A DNA stretch of 64,000 bases, from positions 124,001 to 188,000 of the forward strand of contig NIVC01000449.1 in the NCBI GenBank assembly GCA_002269645.1. Reading direction: 5' to 3'. The position numbers and the translations under genes were made by a program. This DNA is from Macrostomum lignano (Eukaryota). This document shows positions 26,800 through 39,219 of this stretch, one piece after another; position 1 is the stretch's first letter, and every line of letters begins with the position of its first letter. The notes below the pieces were generated by a model. The model ran no database searches, was not told where the DNA came from, and saw only the letters and a list, made by a program, of their open reading frames with translations.

Positions 26800-26975
26800 C
26801 TCTCCGCTCCTCTCTTCTCTCCTCTTCTCTCCTTCTCTCCTCCCCTCTTTTCTTCTTTCCTCTCCTCTATATTCTGATCTCCTCTCCTCTCCTCTATTCT
26901 CATCGATCCTCTCCTCTCCTCTATTCTCATCTCCTCTCTTTTCTCTTCTCTCTTCTTTTATCCTTTCCTCCTCTC
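26800..26975. repeat. CT-rich low-complexity tract
   Basis: (CTCCT/CTCTT)n-like sequence. Confidence 0.8.
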
Positions 26976-27509
26976 TGTTCCGTAACTTCCCTACTATTTA
27001 TCCATCTCGCTTATTTCCAAATCCCAAAAATATATAATCAATTTTCAAAAGCAAAATAAAAGCTTCGAGTACAAGTGCTTTTAATTTTTTAAGTACTCAG
27101 CCTCCGGTGTACATTTAAATGCACGCTCGTACTTTAATATTGTAAAAAGACTAACAACCTAAAGTTCGAGATGGCGATAAAAAATCTCAAACTTTTTTAT
27201 CATACAGCACTGCACTGCCATGTGCTTCATGGAAAAGAGCAGTTTAAAACCCTGCAGTTCAGTGCTGGAGTTTAAAAGTCAATATAATATTAGTTCGTCC
27301 TATACCAGCAAACAAACTACTGCATTTAACCATTTGTAAACAGCCTTGCAGTGCGCTGCGGTAATAGTCGCTCTTATCATTTAAAAAAAAATACTGCATG
27401 TTAACTTTTGAGCTCAGAAGCTCCTGGCAATAGCAGGGCAACTCAGACCCATTCTCATGGCTCTGTTATCATGGTCTAATCCCACTTCCTTGTCCATGAC
27501 CCCTCTACC

Positions 27510-30500
27510 ATCTCTATATGATCCCTCTCTCCTATTTCTATGATCCCTCTGTCCTATCTCTATGATCCCTCTGTCCTATCTCTTTGATCCCTCTGTCTTA
27601 TCTCTATGACCCCTCTCTCCCATCTCTATGACCTCTCTCTCCCATCTCTATGACCGCTCTCTCACATCTCTATGACCCCTCTCTCCTATCTCTATGACCC
27701 CTCTCTCCCATCTCTATGACCCCTCTCTCACATCTCTATGACCCCTCTCTCCCATCTCTATGACCCCTCTCTCCCATCTCTATGACCCCTCTCTCACATC
27801 TCTATGACCCCTCTCTCACATCTCTATGACCCCTCTCTCACATCTCTATGACCCCTCTCTCACATCTCTATGACCCCTCTCTCCCATCTCTATGACCCCT
27901 CTCTCGCATCTCTATGACTCCTCTCTCCCATCTCTATGACCCCTCTCTCACATCTCTATGACCCCTCTCTCACATCTCTATGACCCCTCTCTCCCATCTC
28001 TATGACCCCTCTCTCCCATCTCTATGACCCCTCTCTCCCATCTCTATGACCCCTTTCTCCCATCTCTATGACCCCTCTCTCTCCCATCTCTATGACCCCT
28101 CTCTCCCATCTCTATGACTCCTCTCTCCCATCTCTATGACCCCTCTCTCACATCTCTATGACCCCTCTCTCACATCTCTATGACCCCTCTCTCACATCTC
28201 TATGACCCCTCTCTCCAATCTCTATGACCCCTCTCTCACATCTCTATGACCCCTCTCTCACATCTCTATGACCCCTCTCTCCCATCTCTATGACTCCTCT
28301 CTCCCATCTCTATGACCCATCTCTCACGTCTCTATGACCCCTCTCTCCCATCTCTATGACCCCTCTCTCTCCCATCTCTATGACCCCTCTCTCCCATCTC
28401 TATGACCTCTCTCCCATCTCTATGACCCCTCCCTCACATCTCTATGACCCCTTTCTCCCATCTCTATGACCCCTCTCTCCCATCTCTATGACCCCTCTCT
28501 CCCATCTCTATGACCCCTCTCTCACATCTCTATGACCCCTCTCTCACATCTCTATGACCCCTCTCTCACATCTCTATGACCCCTCTCTCCCATCTCTATG
28601 ACCCCTCTCTCGCATCTCTATGACTCCTCTCTCCCATCTCTATGACCCCTCTCTCACATCTCTATGACCCCTCTCTCACATCTCTATGACCCCTCTCTCC
28701 CATCTCTATGACCCCTCTCTCCCATCTCTATGACCCCTCTCTCCCATCTCTATGACCCCTCTCTCCCATCTCTATGACCCCTCTCTCCCATCTCTATGAC
28801 CCCTCTCTCCCATCTCTATGACTCCTCTCTCCCATCTCTATGACCCCTCTCTCCCATCTCTATGACCCCTCTCTCACATCTCTATGACCCCTCTCTCCCA
28901 TCTCTATGACCCCTCTCTCACATCTCTATGACCCCTCTCTCCCATCTCTATGACCCCTCTCTCCCATCTCTATGACCCCTCTCTCCCATCTCTATGACCC
29001 CTCTCTCACATCTCTACGACCCCTCTCTCTCCCATCTCTATGACCCCTCTCTCCCATCTCTATGACTCCTCTCTCCCATCTCTATGACCCCTCTCTCACA
29101 TCTCTATGACCCCTCTCTCACATCTCTATGACCCCTCTCTCACATCTCTATGACCCCTCTCTCCCATCTCTATGACCCCTCTCTCACATCTCTATGACCC
29201 CTCTCTCACATCTCTACGACCCCTCTCTCTCCCATCTCTATGACTCCTCTCTCCCATTTCTATGACCCATCTCTCACATCTCTATGACCCATCTCTCACA
29301 TCTCTATGACTCCTCTCTCACATCTCTATGACCCATCTCTCACATCTCTATGACCCCTCTCTCACATCTCTATGACCCCTCTCTCCCATCTCTATGACCC
29401 CTCTCTCTCCCATCTCTATGACCCCTCTCTCCCATCTCTATGACCTCTCTCCCATCTCTATGACCCCTCTCTCACATCTCTATGACCCCTCTCTCCCATC
29501 TCTATGACCCCTCTCTCACATCTCTATGACCCCTCTCTCACATCTCTATGACCCCTCTCTCACATCTCTATGACCCCTCTCTCCCATCTCTATGACCCCT
29601 CTCTCACATCTCTATGACCCCTCTCTCCCATCTCTATGACCCCTCTCTCACATCTCTATGACCCCTCTCTCACATCTCTATGACCCCTCTCTCACATCTC
29701 TATGACCCCTCTCTCACATCTCTATGACCTCTCTCTCCCATCTCTATGACCCCTCTCTCCCATCTCTATGACCCCTCTCTCACATCTCTATGACCCCTCT
29801 CTCACATCTCTATGACCCCTCTCTCCCATCTCTATGACCCCTCTCTCACATCTCTATGACCCCTCTCTCCCATCTCTATGACCCCTCTCTCACATCTCTA
29901 TGACCCCTCTCTCCCATCTCTATGACCCCTCTCTCACATCTCTCTGACCCCTCTCTCCCATTTCTATGACCCCTCTCTCACATCTCTATGACCCCTCTCT
30001 CCCATCTCTATGACTCCTCTCTCCCATCTCTATGACCCCTCTCTCTCCCATCTCTATGACCCCTCTCTCCCATCTCTATGACCCCTCTCTCCCGTCTCTA
30101 TGACCCCTCTCTCCCATCTCCATGACCCCTCTCTCACATCTCTATGACCCCTCTCTCCCATTTCTATGACCCCTCTCTCACATCTCTATGACCCCTCTCT
30201 CCCATCTCTATGACTCCTCTCTCCCATCTCTATGACCCCTCTCTCCCATCTCTATGACCCCTCTCTCCCATCTCTATGACCCCTCTCTCACATTTCTATG
30301 ACCCCTCTCTCTCTCCCATCTCTATGATCCCTCTCTCTCCCATCTCTATGACCCCTCTCTCACATCTCTATGACCCCTCTCTCCCATCTCTATGACCCCT
30401 CTCTCACATCTCTATGACCCCTCTCTCCAATCTCTATGACCCCTTTCTCTCCCATCTACATGACTCCTCTCTCCTATCTACATGACCCCTCTCTCACATT

Positions 30501-30760
30501 TCTATGACCCCTCTCTCTCTCCCATCTCTATGATCCCTCTCTCTCCCATCTACATGACCCCTCTCTCACATTTCTATGACCCCTCTCTCTCTCCCATCTC
30601 TATGATCCCTCTCTCTCCCATCTACATGACTCCTCTCTCACATCTCTATGACCCCTCTCTCACTGCATCTTTATGAACCCTCTCTCACATCTCTATGAAC
30701 CCTCTTTCACATCTCTATGATCCCTCTCTCTACCATCTACATGATCCCTCTCCCACATCC
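27510..30760. repeat. 22-bp minisatellite (~3.2 kb)
   Basis: Unit CCCTCTCTC(C/A)CATCTCTATGAC. Confidence 0.97.
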
Positions 30761-30966
30761 AAATACTTCATGATCTCCATGATACTTTATGATCTTCAGT
30801 GGACAATCCATAGCTAACCAATCCTGTGCCACCAGTTCAAATCCCAACAAATTTATCGATAGATATCGACGTAGGAAGCACTAAAGAGCATCCACTGGTG
30901 CCACGCAGACTCCGTCATTTAAGTTCCACACTGGAACCGATCCTACTAGAACACGGTAGCACAATC

Positions 30967-32424
30967 ATGACAACAGAGCGCGGTAGAATCGCGGAAGCGG
31001 TGCTCCGTTCCGTGATCGCCAGACTGCTAATGATGCTTCACGGAGTGCTGTGCGTCTTCCAGACTAATCCGTTTCAAAAGAGCAGCTTGAACTTTGTGTT
31101 CGCTTTGCCTTTGGCTGTCCTGCCTGTTGAAGGCGTCATGACTTGGAAAGTGCTGCGTGGGAAGGAATGGAAGTGGTGAGTCAGGATCTGGGGTAAGACA
31201 TGAGGGAGCTGGGTATAGGGAATGGGAGAGGGTGACCATGGGGGAGGGTAGACAAATCGGGGAGGGTAAAGAATCGGGGAAGGTAAAGAATCAGGGAGGG
31301 TAGAGAATCGGAGAGGGTGAAGAATCGGGGAGTTTAGAGAATCGGAGAGGGTAGAGAATCGGGGAGGGTAAATAATCCGGGAGGGTAGAGAATCGGGGAG
31401 GGTAAATAATCCGGGAGGGTAGAGAATCGGAGAGGGTAGAGAATCAGGGAGGGTAGAGAATCGGAGAGGGTGAAGAATCAGGGAGGGTAGAGAATCGGAG
31501 AGGGTAGATAATCAGGGAGGGTAGAGAATCGGAGAGGGTAGATAATCGAGAGGGTAGAGAATCGGAGAGGGTAGAGAATCCGAGAGGGTAGAGAATCGGA
31601 GAGGGTAGAGAATCGGGGAGGGTAGAGAATCGGGGAGGGTAAATAATCCGGGAGGGTAGAGAATCGGAGAGGGTGAAGAATCAAGGAGGGTAGAGAATCG
31701 GAGAGGGTAGATAATCAGGGAGGGTAGAGAATCGGAGAGCGTGAAGAATCAGGGAGGGTAGAGAATCAGGGAGGGTAGAGAATCGGAGAGGGTAGATAAT
31801 CCGAGAGGGTAGAGAATCGGGGAGGGTAAAGAATCGGGATGGTAGAGAATCGGGGAGGGTAAAGAATCGGGATGGTAGAGAATCGGGGAGGGTAGAGAAT
31901 CGGGGAGGGTGGAGAATCAGTGGTAGAAAAAGTAAAAGCAATTAGTCACAGTCAATGTCTAAGAATGCTATGGGTTTCAAGGCCTAACATACTTAGAGAA
32001 TTAAAGAAGCCCACCACAACTCACTACTCCCTGGCAGATTTCCTAATCGACTTTCCATTTTCTAATTCAATTATGAAGAGTAGTATAAATTCTTTTTTTC
32101 TGAAAGTTTCCTGCATTAGCCAACACTGACAGTGAGAGAGGAGACAGAATCTGGAAGTTGAAACTTCTCGCTAGGGCTTATCTGATACTGACATTATCAA
32201 TATCCCGAATAAAGCTTTCTCTGCAGCCAACTATCCCAAAAACGAAAGGCAGGGAAGTTCTGCTTTCTCACGAACAGGAAATTTGATGGCGTCAGCAATC
32301 GCGTGGAAAATCCATCTCGAATGGGATTTACAAACCTCTGGGCGAGTTTGGGGAGATGAAATTAATATCTGACTCGGATTTAATGTTAAGAGTGGACTTA
32401 GTGTAACTATCTATCTATATATCA

Positions 32425-32478
<54 letters not shown>

Positions 32479-32503
32479 CGTATCAATCTATCTACCTATC
32501 TAC

Positions 32504-32542
<39 letters not shown>

Positions 32543-32579
32543 CCTATCTAATCTATTTATCTATTTATCTATCTATCTC

Positions 32580-32647
<68 letters not shown>

Positions 32648-32648
32648 C

Positions 32649-32695
<47 letters not shown>

Positions 32696-32696
32696 C

Positions 32697-32774
<78 letters not shown>

Positions 32775-32818
32775 CTCTATCTATTCATCTATCTATCTAT
32801 CTATCTATCTATCCATCC

Positions 32819-32885
<67 letters not shown>

Positions 32886-32886
32886 C

Positions 32887-32920
<34 letters not shown>

Positions 32921-33134
32921 AAAGCTTTCTCTGCAGCCAACTATCCCAAAAACGAAAGGCAGGGAAGTTCTGCTTTCTCACGAACAGGAAATTTGATGGC
33001 GTCAGCAATCGCGTGGAAAATCCATCTCGAATGGGATTTACAAACCTCTGGGCGAGTTTGGGGAGATGAAATTAATATCTGACTCGGATTTAATGTTAAG
33101 AGTGGACTTAGTGTAACTATCTATCTATATATCA

Positions 33135-33192
<58 letters not shown>

Positions 33193-33217
33193 CGTATCAA
33201 TCTATCTACCTATCTAC

Positions 33218-33256
<39 letters not shown>

Positions 33257-33293
33257 CCTATCTAATCTATTTATCTATTTATCTATCTATCTC

Positions 33294-33361
<68 letters not shown>

Positions 33362-33362
33362 C

Positions 33363-33393
<31 letters not shown>

Positions 33394-33394
33394 C

Positions 33395-33484
<90 letters not shown>

Positions 33485-33556
33485 CTCTATCTATTCATCT
33501 ATCTATCTATCTATCTATCTATCCATCTATCTATCTATCTATCTATCTATCCATCC

Positions 33557-33623
<67 letters not shown>

Positions 33624-33624
33624 C

Positions 33625-33658
<34 letters not shown>

Positions 33659-33872
33659 AAAGCTTTCTCTGCAGCCAACTATCCCAAAAACGAAAGGCAG
33701 GGAAGTTCTGCTTTCTCACGAACAGGAAATTTGATGGCGTCAGCAATCGCGTGGAAAATCCATCTCGAATGGGATTTACAAACCTCTGGGCGAGTTTGGG
33801 GAGATGAAATTAATATCTGACTCGGATTTAATGTTAAGAGTGGACTTAGTGTAACTATCTATCTATATATCA

Positions 33873-33930
<58 letters not shown>

Positions 33931-33955
33931 CGTATCAATCTATCTACCTATCTAC

Positions 33956-33994
<39 letters not shown>

Positions 33995-34031
33995 CCTATC
34001 TAATCTATTTATCTATTTATCTATCTATCTC

Positions 34032-34099
<68 letters not shown>

Positions 34100-34100
34100 C

Positions 34101-34151
<51 letters not shown>

Positions 34152-34152
34152 C

Positions 34153-34238
<86 letters not shown>

Positions 34239-34278
34239 CTCTATCTATTCATCTATCTATCTATCTATCTATCTATCC

Positions 34279-34341
<63 letters not shown>

Positions 34342-34342
34342 C

Positions 34343-34403
<61 letters not shown>

Positions 34404-36681
34404 CCCAACCCTCAGGGTGTGCCCATGTGTAATACTCTACCTGGTGGCAGTGATCCCCCCAGTCTGGATAGCGGAGTTCGACCTGGTGATAATCTATCGC
34501 GTGCTCAACGGCTCCGAAGCCACGGACGCTTCGGAGGACGCAGCCTTCTTGATCGGCCACGGCCGACGAAATTTGTCGGCTCATCCGGAAAAGGTGTGTT
34601 CAGTGAGCTACTGTTAGTAGCGCTGTTGGGATGTTTTCAAAGTTTCATAGTGAGAGACGAAGAAACGGCAAGATTGTGTCTAATATTTCCATAGATTTTT
34701 AAGCGCTCTGGTGTAAGACTAAGAAAATGAAGTTAAAGAAATTTGGGGTGACACTAAGATTTTGAGACACTGATATTTTTAGATACTGGGCTTTTGAAAC
34801 ACTGAGAGTTTGAGACACTGAAAGAGACTTAAGACACTGAGATAGAGTGACATTTGAGACACTGAGTGAGATTTTGAGACACTGAGTGAGATTTTGAGAC
34901 ACTGAGTGAGGTTTTGAGACACTGAGTAAGATTTTGAGACACTGAGTGAGATTTTGAGACACTGAGTGAGATTTTGAGACACTGAGTGAGATTTTGAGAC
35001 ACTGAGTGAGATTTTGAGACACTGAGTGAGATTTTGAGACACTGAGTGAGCTTTTGAGACACCGACTGAGATTTTGAGACAGTGAGTGAGATTTTGAGAT
35101 ACTGAGACAGAGTGAGACTTTGAGACAGTGAAACAAAGTGAGACTTTGAGTAAAGCTGATTTTCATCACAAACGTTTAACATGTATATTGCACAGTCCCT
35201 CCTGGGCATCGACACTGGGCTCAGCTTCAAAGAGGAGACCCGCATTCTGATGGAGGAGATCCTGCTGCTCGTGCTCATCATTGGCCGCTGGATTCTGCCC
35301 CGCCAGCAGATCTCCAAGGAGCAGAAGTCCGCCCTGCTCATTGGGTACATCGGCATGTCTGCTGACATTCTGGAGCTCTATGAATACTTCAAGGATGACA
35401 GGTAATAATAGAAAGCGGACTGGGGGAGATTGCAGAGCAGCTGGTATGCACACCTGGGTTCGAGTCTGGTCTCTATGTTTGAGCCCAAAAGGCACACAGA
35501 GAGTGTACATTCCTGACGATTAGAAAGTCAGGGGACATGCCTAAGTACTTAGAGGGGGGCGCCAAAGCTACTGCAGAGAGGGGGCGCCAAAGCTACTGCA
35601 GAGGGGGTTGGCGCCGAAGCTACTGCAGAGAGGGGGCGCAAAAGCTACTGCAGAGAGAGAAGCCAAAGCTACTGCAGAGGTGGGGGACTCCAAAGCTACT
35701 GCAGAGGGGGACGCCAAAGCTACTAAAGAGGGGGGGCGCCAAAACTACTGCAGAGGGGGGCGCAAAAGCTACTGCAGAGGGGGACGCCAAAGCTACTAAA
35801 GAGGGGGGGCGCCAAAGCTACTGCAGAGGTGGGGGGCGCAAAAGCTACTGTAGAGGGGGACGCCAAAGCTACTGCAGAGGGGGACGCCAAAGCTACTAAA
35901 GAGGGGGGGCGCCAAAGCTACTGCAGAGGGGGGCGCCAAAGCTACTACAGAGGGGGGCGCCAAAGCTACTGCAGAGGGGGCGCCAAAGCTACTAAAGAGG
36001 GGGGTGCCAAAGCTACTGCAGAGGGGGGCGCCAAAGCTACTGCAGAGGGGGGAGGCGCCAAAGCTACTGCAGAGGGGGGCGTCAAAGCTACTGCAGAGGG
36101 GGGCGTCAAAGCTACTGCAGAGGAGGCGCCAAAGCTACTGCAGAGGGGGCGCCAAAGCTACTGCAAATGGGGGCGCCAAAGCTACTGCAGAGAAGGGTGG
36201 ATCAAAGCTACTACAATGGTCAGCAGGGAATCGAACCCCTGTAAACCCACCAACCCACAGGCTGAAGACCAACCAGACCATCATCACCATCCTTCTATCC
36301 GTGTGGACCAGCGCCATGCTGCAGTTCGTTTTCGTCTTCACTGCCAGACGGGTTGTCGGTGGAAATCCCAGCAGCTTCGGCAGCCTCCTGGTCAACACGG
36401 ACATGTGGGCCATTGTCTGCAACCTGCTGCTGCAGGACGCACCGTTTCTGGCTGTCCGATTCTACCTGCTGGTGAAGTACGCGATTGTGAGCGAGACTAG
36501 CGTGTTCTTTCTGGTGAAGAACAGCCTGCTCACTGTGCTCATCCTGCACCGGATTCACTCGCTCATTGTCGAATGGAGAATTGAACGGTGCCAGAATCGC
36601 CAGCTTCATCACCCGGAGGCTGGGGTTATATCTGCTCCTGGGAATGCAGATTCGAATGGACCGCCTGCGGTGCCAGTCTGA
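30967..36681 (+). CDS. TMEM26: TMEM26-family multipass membrane protein, copy A; exons 30967-31175, 34416-34593, 35196-35401, 36261-36681 (337 aa)
   Basis: Matches TMEM26 motifs: [14 protein letters not shown](KW), [65 protein letters not shown] junctions in phases 2/0/2 give 1014 nt in frame. Confidence 0.88.
31250..31918. repeat. 17-bp purine/G-rich minisatellite in TMEM26-A intron 1
   Basis: Unit CGG(G/A)GAGGGTAGAGAAT. Confidence 0.93.
32211..34402. repeat. Three tandem ~720-bp higher-order units (200-bp unique block + ~500-bp (TATC)n)
   Basis: Block AAAGCTTTCTCTGCAGCC...GTGTAACTATC starts at 32211, 32921 and 33659; TATC interruptions recur in each unit. Confidence 0.95.
34745..35150. 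repeat. 20-bp minisatellite (TMEM26-A intron 2)
   Basis: Unit GAGATTTTGAGACACTGAGT. Confidence 0.93.
35555..36210. repeat. 21-22-bp minisatellite (TMEM26-A intron 3)
   Basis: Unit GCCAAAGCTACTGCAGAGGGG(G)GC. Confidence 0.93.
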
Positions 36682-36774
36682 ATGGTGGTCTGGGAAATCA
36701 AAGAATGACTGAGTGATTGAGAATTGCACAGCTTGTGCTGATATTGCAGTTGCTTAGGAATTACTGCGGCTCTT

Positions 36775-37445
36775 TGATGCCCCTTCATTCCCTCTCTCTC
36801 TGTTCCTTAATTTCCTATCTTCTCTGTCCCTTCATTCCCTCTCTCTGTTCCTTCATTCCCTCTCTCTCTGTCCCTTCATTCCTCTCTCTGTCCCTCCATT
36901 GTTTCTCTCTCTGTTCCTTCATTCCCTCTCTCTCTGTCCCTTCATTCCCTCTCTCTCTGTCCCTTCATTCCCTCTCTCTCTGTCCCTTCATTCCCTCTCT
37001 CTCTGTCCCTTCATTCCCTCTCTCTCTGTCCCTTCATTCCCTCTCTCTGTTCCTTCATTCCCTCTCTCTCTGTCCCTTCATTCCTCTCTGTGTCCCTCCA
37101 TTGTTTCTCTCTCTGTTCCTTCATTCCCTCTCTCTCTTTCCCTTCATTCCCTCTCTCTCTGTCCCTTCATTCCCTCTCTCTCTGTCCCTTCATTCCCTCT
37201 CTCTCTGTCCCTTCATTCCCTCTCTCTCTGTCCCTTCATTCCCTCTCTCTCTGTTCCTTCATTCCCTCTCTCTCTCTCTGTCCCTTCATTCCCTCTCTCT
37301 CTGTCCCTTCATTCCCTCTCTCTCTGTCCCTTCATTCCCTCTCTCTCTGTTCCTTCATTCCCTCTCTCTCTCTGTCCCTTCATTCCCTCTCTCTCTGTCC
37401 CTTCATTCCCTCTCTCTCTGTCCCTTCATTCCCTCTCTCTCTGTC
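36775..37445. repeat. 23-bp pyrimidine minisatellite 3' of TMEM26-A
   Basis: Unit CCTTCATTCCCTCTCTCTCTGTC. Confidence 0.93.
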
Positions 37446-38199
37446 ATTTCTTCATCTCAATCCCCCTTCATCTCCCATCAATTCCTCCGTTCATCTCTCT
37501 GCTTTTTACTTGACTTATTAAAGTCGTGGTTCTGTACTTATTTATACTTTAATCTTTTATACTTTTCTCGAAAAGACAATTTGCTCGTAAGATGCAGTAA
37601 GCGTGTTTCTCTTTTGTCTGTCCTACTCAAACTTTAATGTTTTTTTAAAGAAAGCCAGAAATAAAACTAAAACAATTTTAAACCGAAAGCATTGGATTTA
37701 CAACGTCAAGGCGAATTCTTGGCACAGCTGCTGTCAACACTTGCTGTATTGGGGTTGAAATTTCTCACTTTATTCTTCTGGATTTGCGGTGAATTGTTTG
37801 CTGGGATGGCAGCTGCATGCGCTGGGGGAGTCTTGGGGATCGGTTTTTTATTGCCATCTGGACTCGTCACCTCGCCGGCTGCTCATAAAGCGCAGGCAAG
37901 CGTGCGGAGGTGGGGCTGCGGGGGTGCTTTGGACTCCGGGGAGGAATCCAAGCTCAGAAATCCATCGCCGCGCATGGACTGCTAGAGTGATTATAGTTAG
38001 CATCTGGATTGGAAACATCTACTTCTGAATTGGAACTAAGTGCTATTCATTTCAATGGGAATTAATTTTATTAGCTAAACTGATAAGTCGATAAATAAAC
38101 CCTACAAAGTGTAAAGAAAAAACACTGATAACATGGAAACCATGAGAACAATTTAACAAGAAAAAATCATTAAAAACAAAAATCGGGAAAAGATGAGAA

Positions 38200-38335
38200 C
38201 AGCGAAACTACAAAGTATGAGAACCATGAGAACAACTTTGAGAAACATGAGAACAACTATAAGAACCATGAGAACAACTATGAGAACCATTAGAACAGCT
38301 TTGAGAACCATGAGAAAAACATAACTGCATCGATC
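38200..38335. repeat. Short degenerate 21-bp array (expanded in copy B)
   Basis: ATGAGAACAACT(A/T)TGAGAA(A/C)C-like units. Confidence 0.75.
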
Positions 38336-38740
38336 TATGTTACCCATGAGGACAAAATAAATTAAGAGAATTATGAGAACAAGAGAATCATGAACAGAAC
38401 CAATGCTCAAATCTGTTGTGTATTGAACAATGAAGTTAGTTACTATAGAATACAAAATATATGGCAAAATATATTAATTTCATTAACAATTTTTTCCACA
38501 ACTCTGCTTCATCCATCATGCCGCTCTCCAGATTCTGCAACTTTGGTTCGCCATGGCCCGCGGCCCGGCGGTCTTATAACAGAAAGAAAAAAGTAATTTC
38601 TATATTTTTCAATCCTCAATATTCAAGGGCAACAAAAGCAACGGGAATTGAAGGAGTTGTAAAACTGCAAGATGACTGGGGTGGGGGCGTCAGGATCCAC
38701 TTCTTTAGTGCGTCAGGATCCAATCCAGCCCCAAATTAAT

Positions 38741-38812
38741 GTGGCTGCACTTGGAATCGAGCCTGGGTCGCGGCACACCAGAGCAGCTGCGCTACCGCTG
38801 GGCTACGGCCCC
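38741..38812 (-). pseudogene. tRNA-derived sequence (SINE head or tRNA pseudogene)
   Basis: Minus strand GGGGCCGTAGCCCAGCGGTAG...CCAGGCTCGATTCCAAG has A-box and B-box-like motifs, but acceptor, anticodon and T stems do not pair. Confidence 0.6.
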
Positions 38813-38816
38813 CACA

Positions 38817-38968
38817 TTTCCCACGTTAAATGTTCCCACGTTAAATGTTCCCACGTTAAATGTTCCCACGTTAAATGTTCCCACGTTAAATGTTCCCACG
38901 TTAAATGTTCCCACGTTAAATGTTCCCACGTTAAATGTTCCCACGTTAAATGTTAAATGTTCCCACGT
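38817..38968. repeat. 15-bp tandem repeat, ~10 copies
   Basis: Unit CCCACGTTAAATGTT. Confidence 0.95.
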
Positions 38969-39080
38969 TTAGTTCAACTAGAAATTTCGCTCTAAAAATA
39001 GTCGCAATTGTTTGTCCTTGCGGCTCGTAGCAAAGATTCTATTGGGTCTATGGTTGCGTGGCCCAGCCAACGGGAGAAGA

Positions 39081-39157
39081 CCCTACCCATAGAATTCTAG
39101 ATCTAGAATTCTATGCCCTACCGAGGGCAGAGAAGAGAAGTTCATTAGCTATAAAAA
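39081..39157 (+). promoter_or_regulatory. Caspase proximal promoter: 28-bp palindrome between 7-bp direct repeats, then TATA box
   Basis: CCCTACC (39081-87), CATAGAATTCTAGATCTAGAATTCTATG (39088-39115), CCCTACC (39116-22); TATAAAAA at 39150-39157; CCGCCATGG start context at 39220. Confidence 0.65.
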
Positions 39158-39219
39158 GAAGAGCTTTGGGCGGGTAGAGAAGTTTTAGCATAGTTAGCTA
39201 GCATCCGATGTTATCCGCC

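Larger units (their letters stand above)
34381..38698 (+). other. Segmental duplication, copy A (paralog of 43096-49563)
   Basis: Same order in both copies: TATC, exon 2, 20-bp array, exon 3, 21-bp array, exon 4, 23-bp array, 3' flank. Homology ends at GGCGTCAGGATCC. Confidence 0.93.

Noticed and set aside
35505-35535. CTGACGA..GAAAGTC hammerhead-like string
   Set aside because: No stem II or stem I pairing, and not preserved in copy B.
38741-38812. Functional tRNA gene
   Set aside because: Acceptor, anticodon and T stems do not pair; kept only as tRNA-derived.
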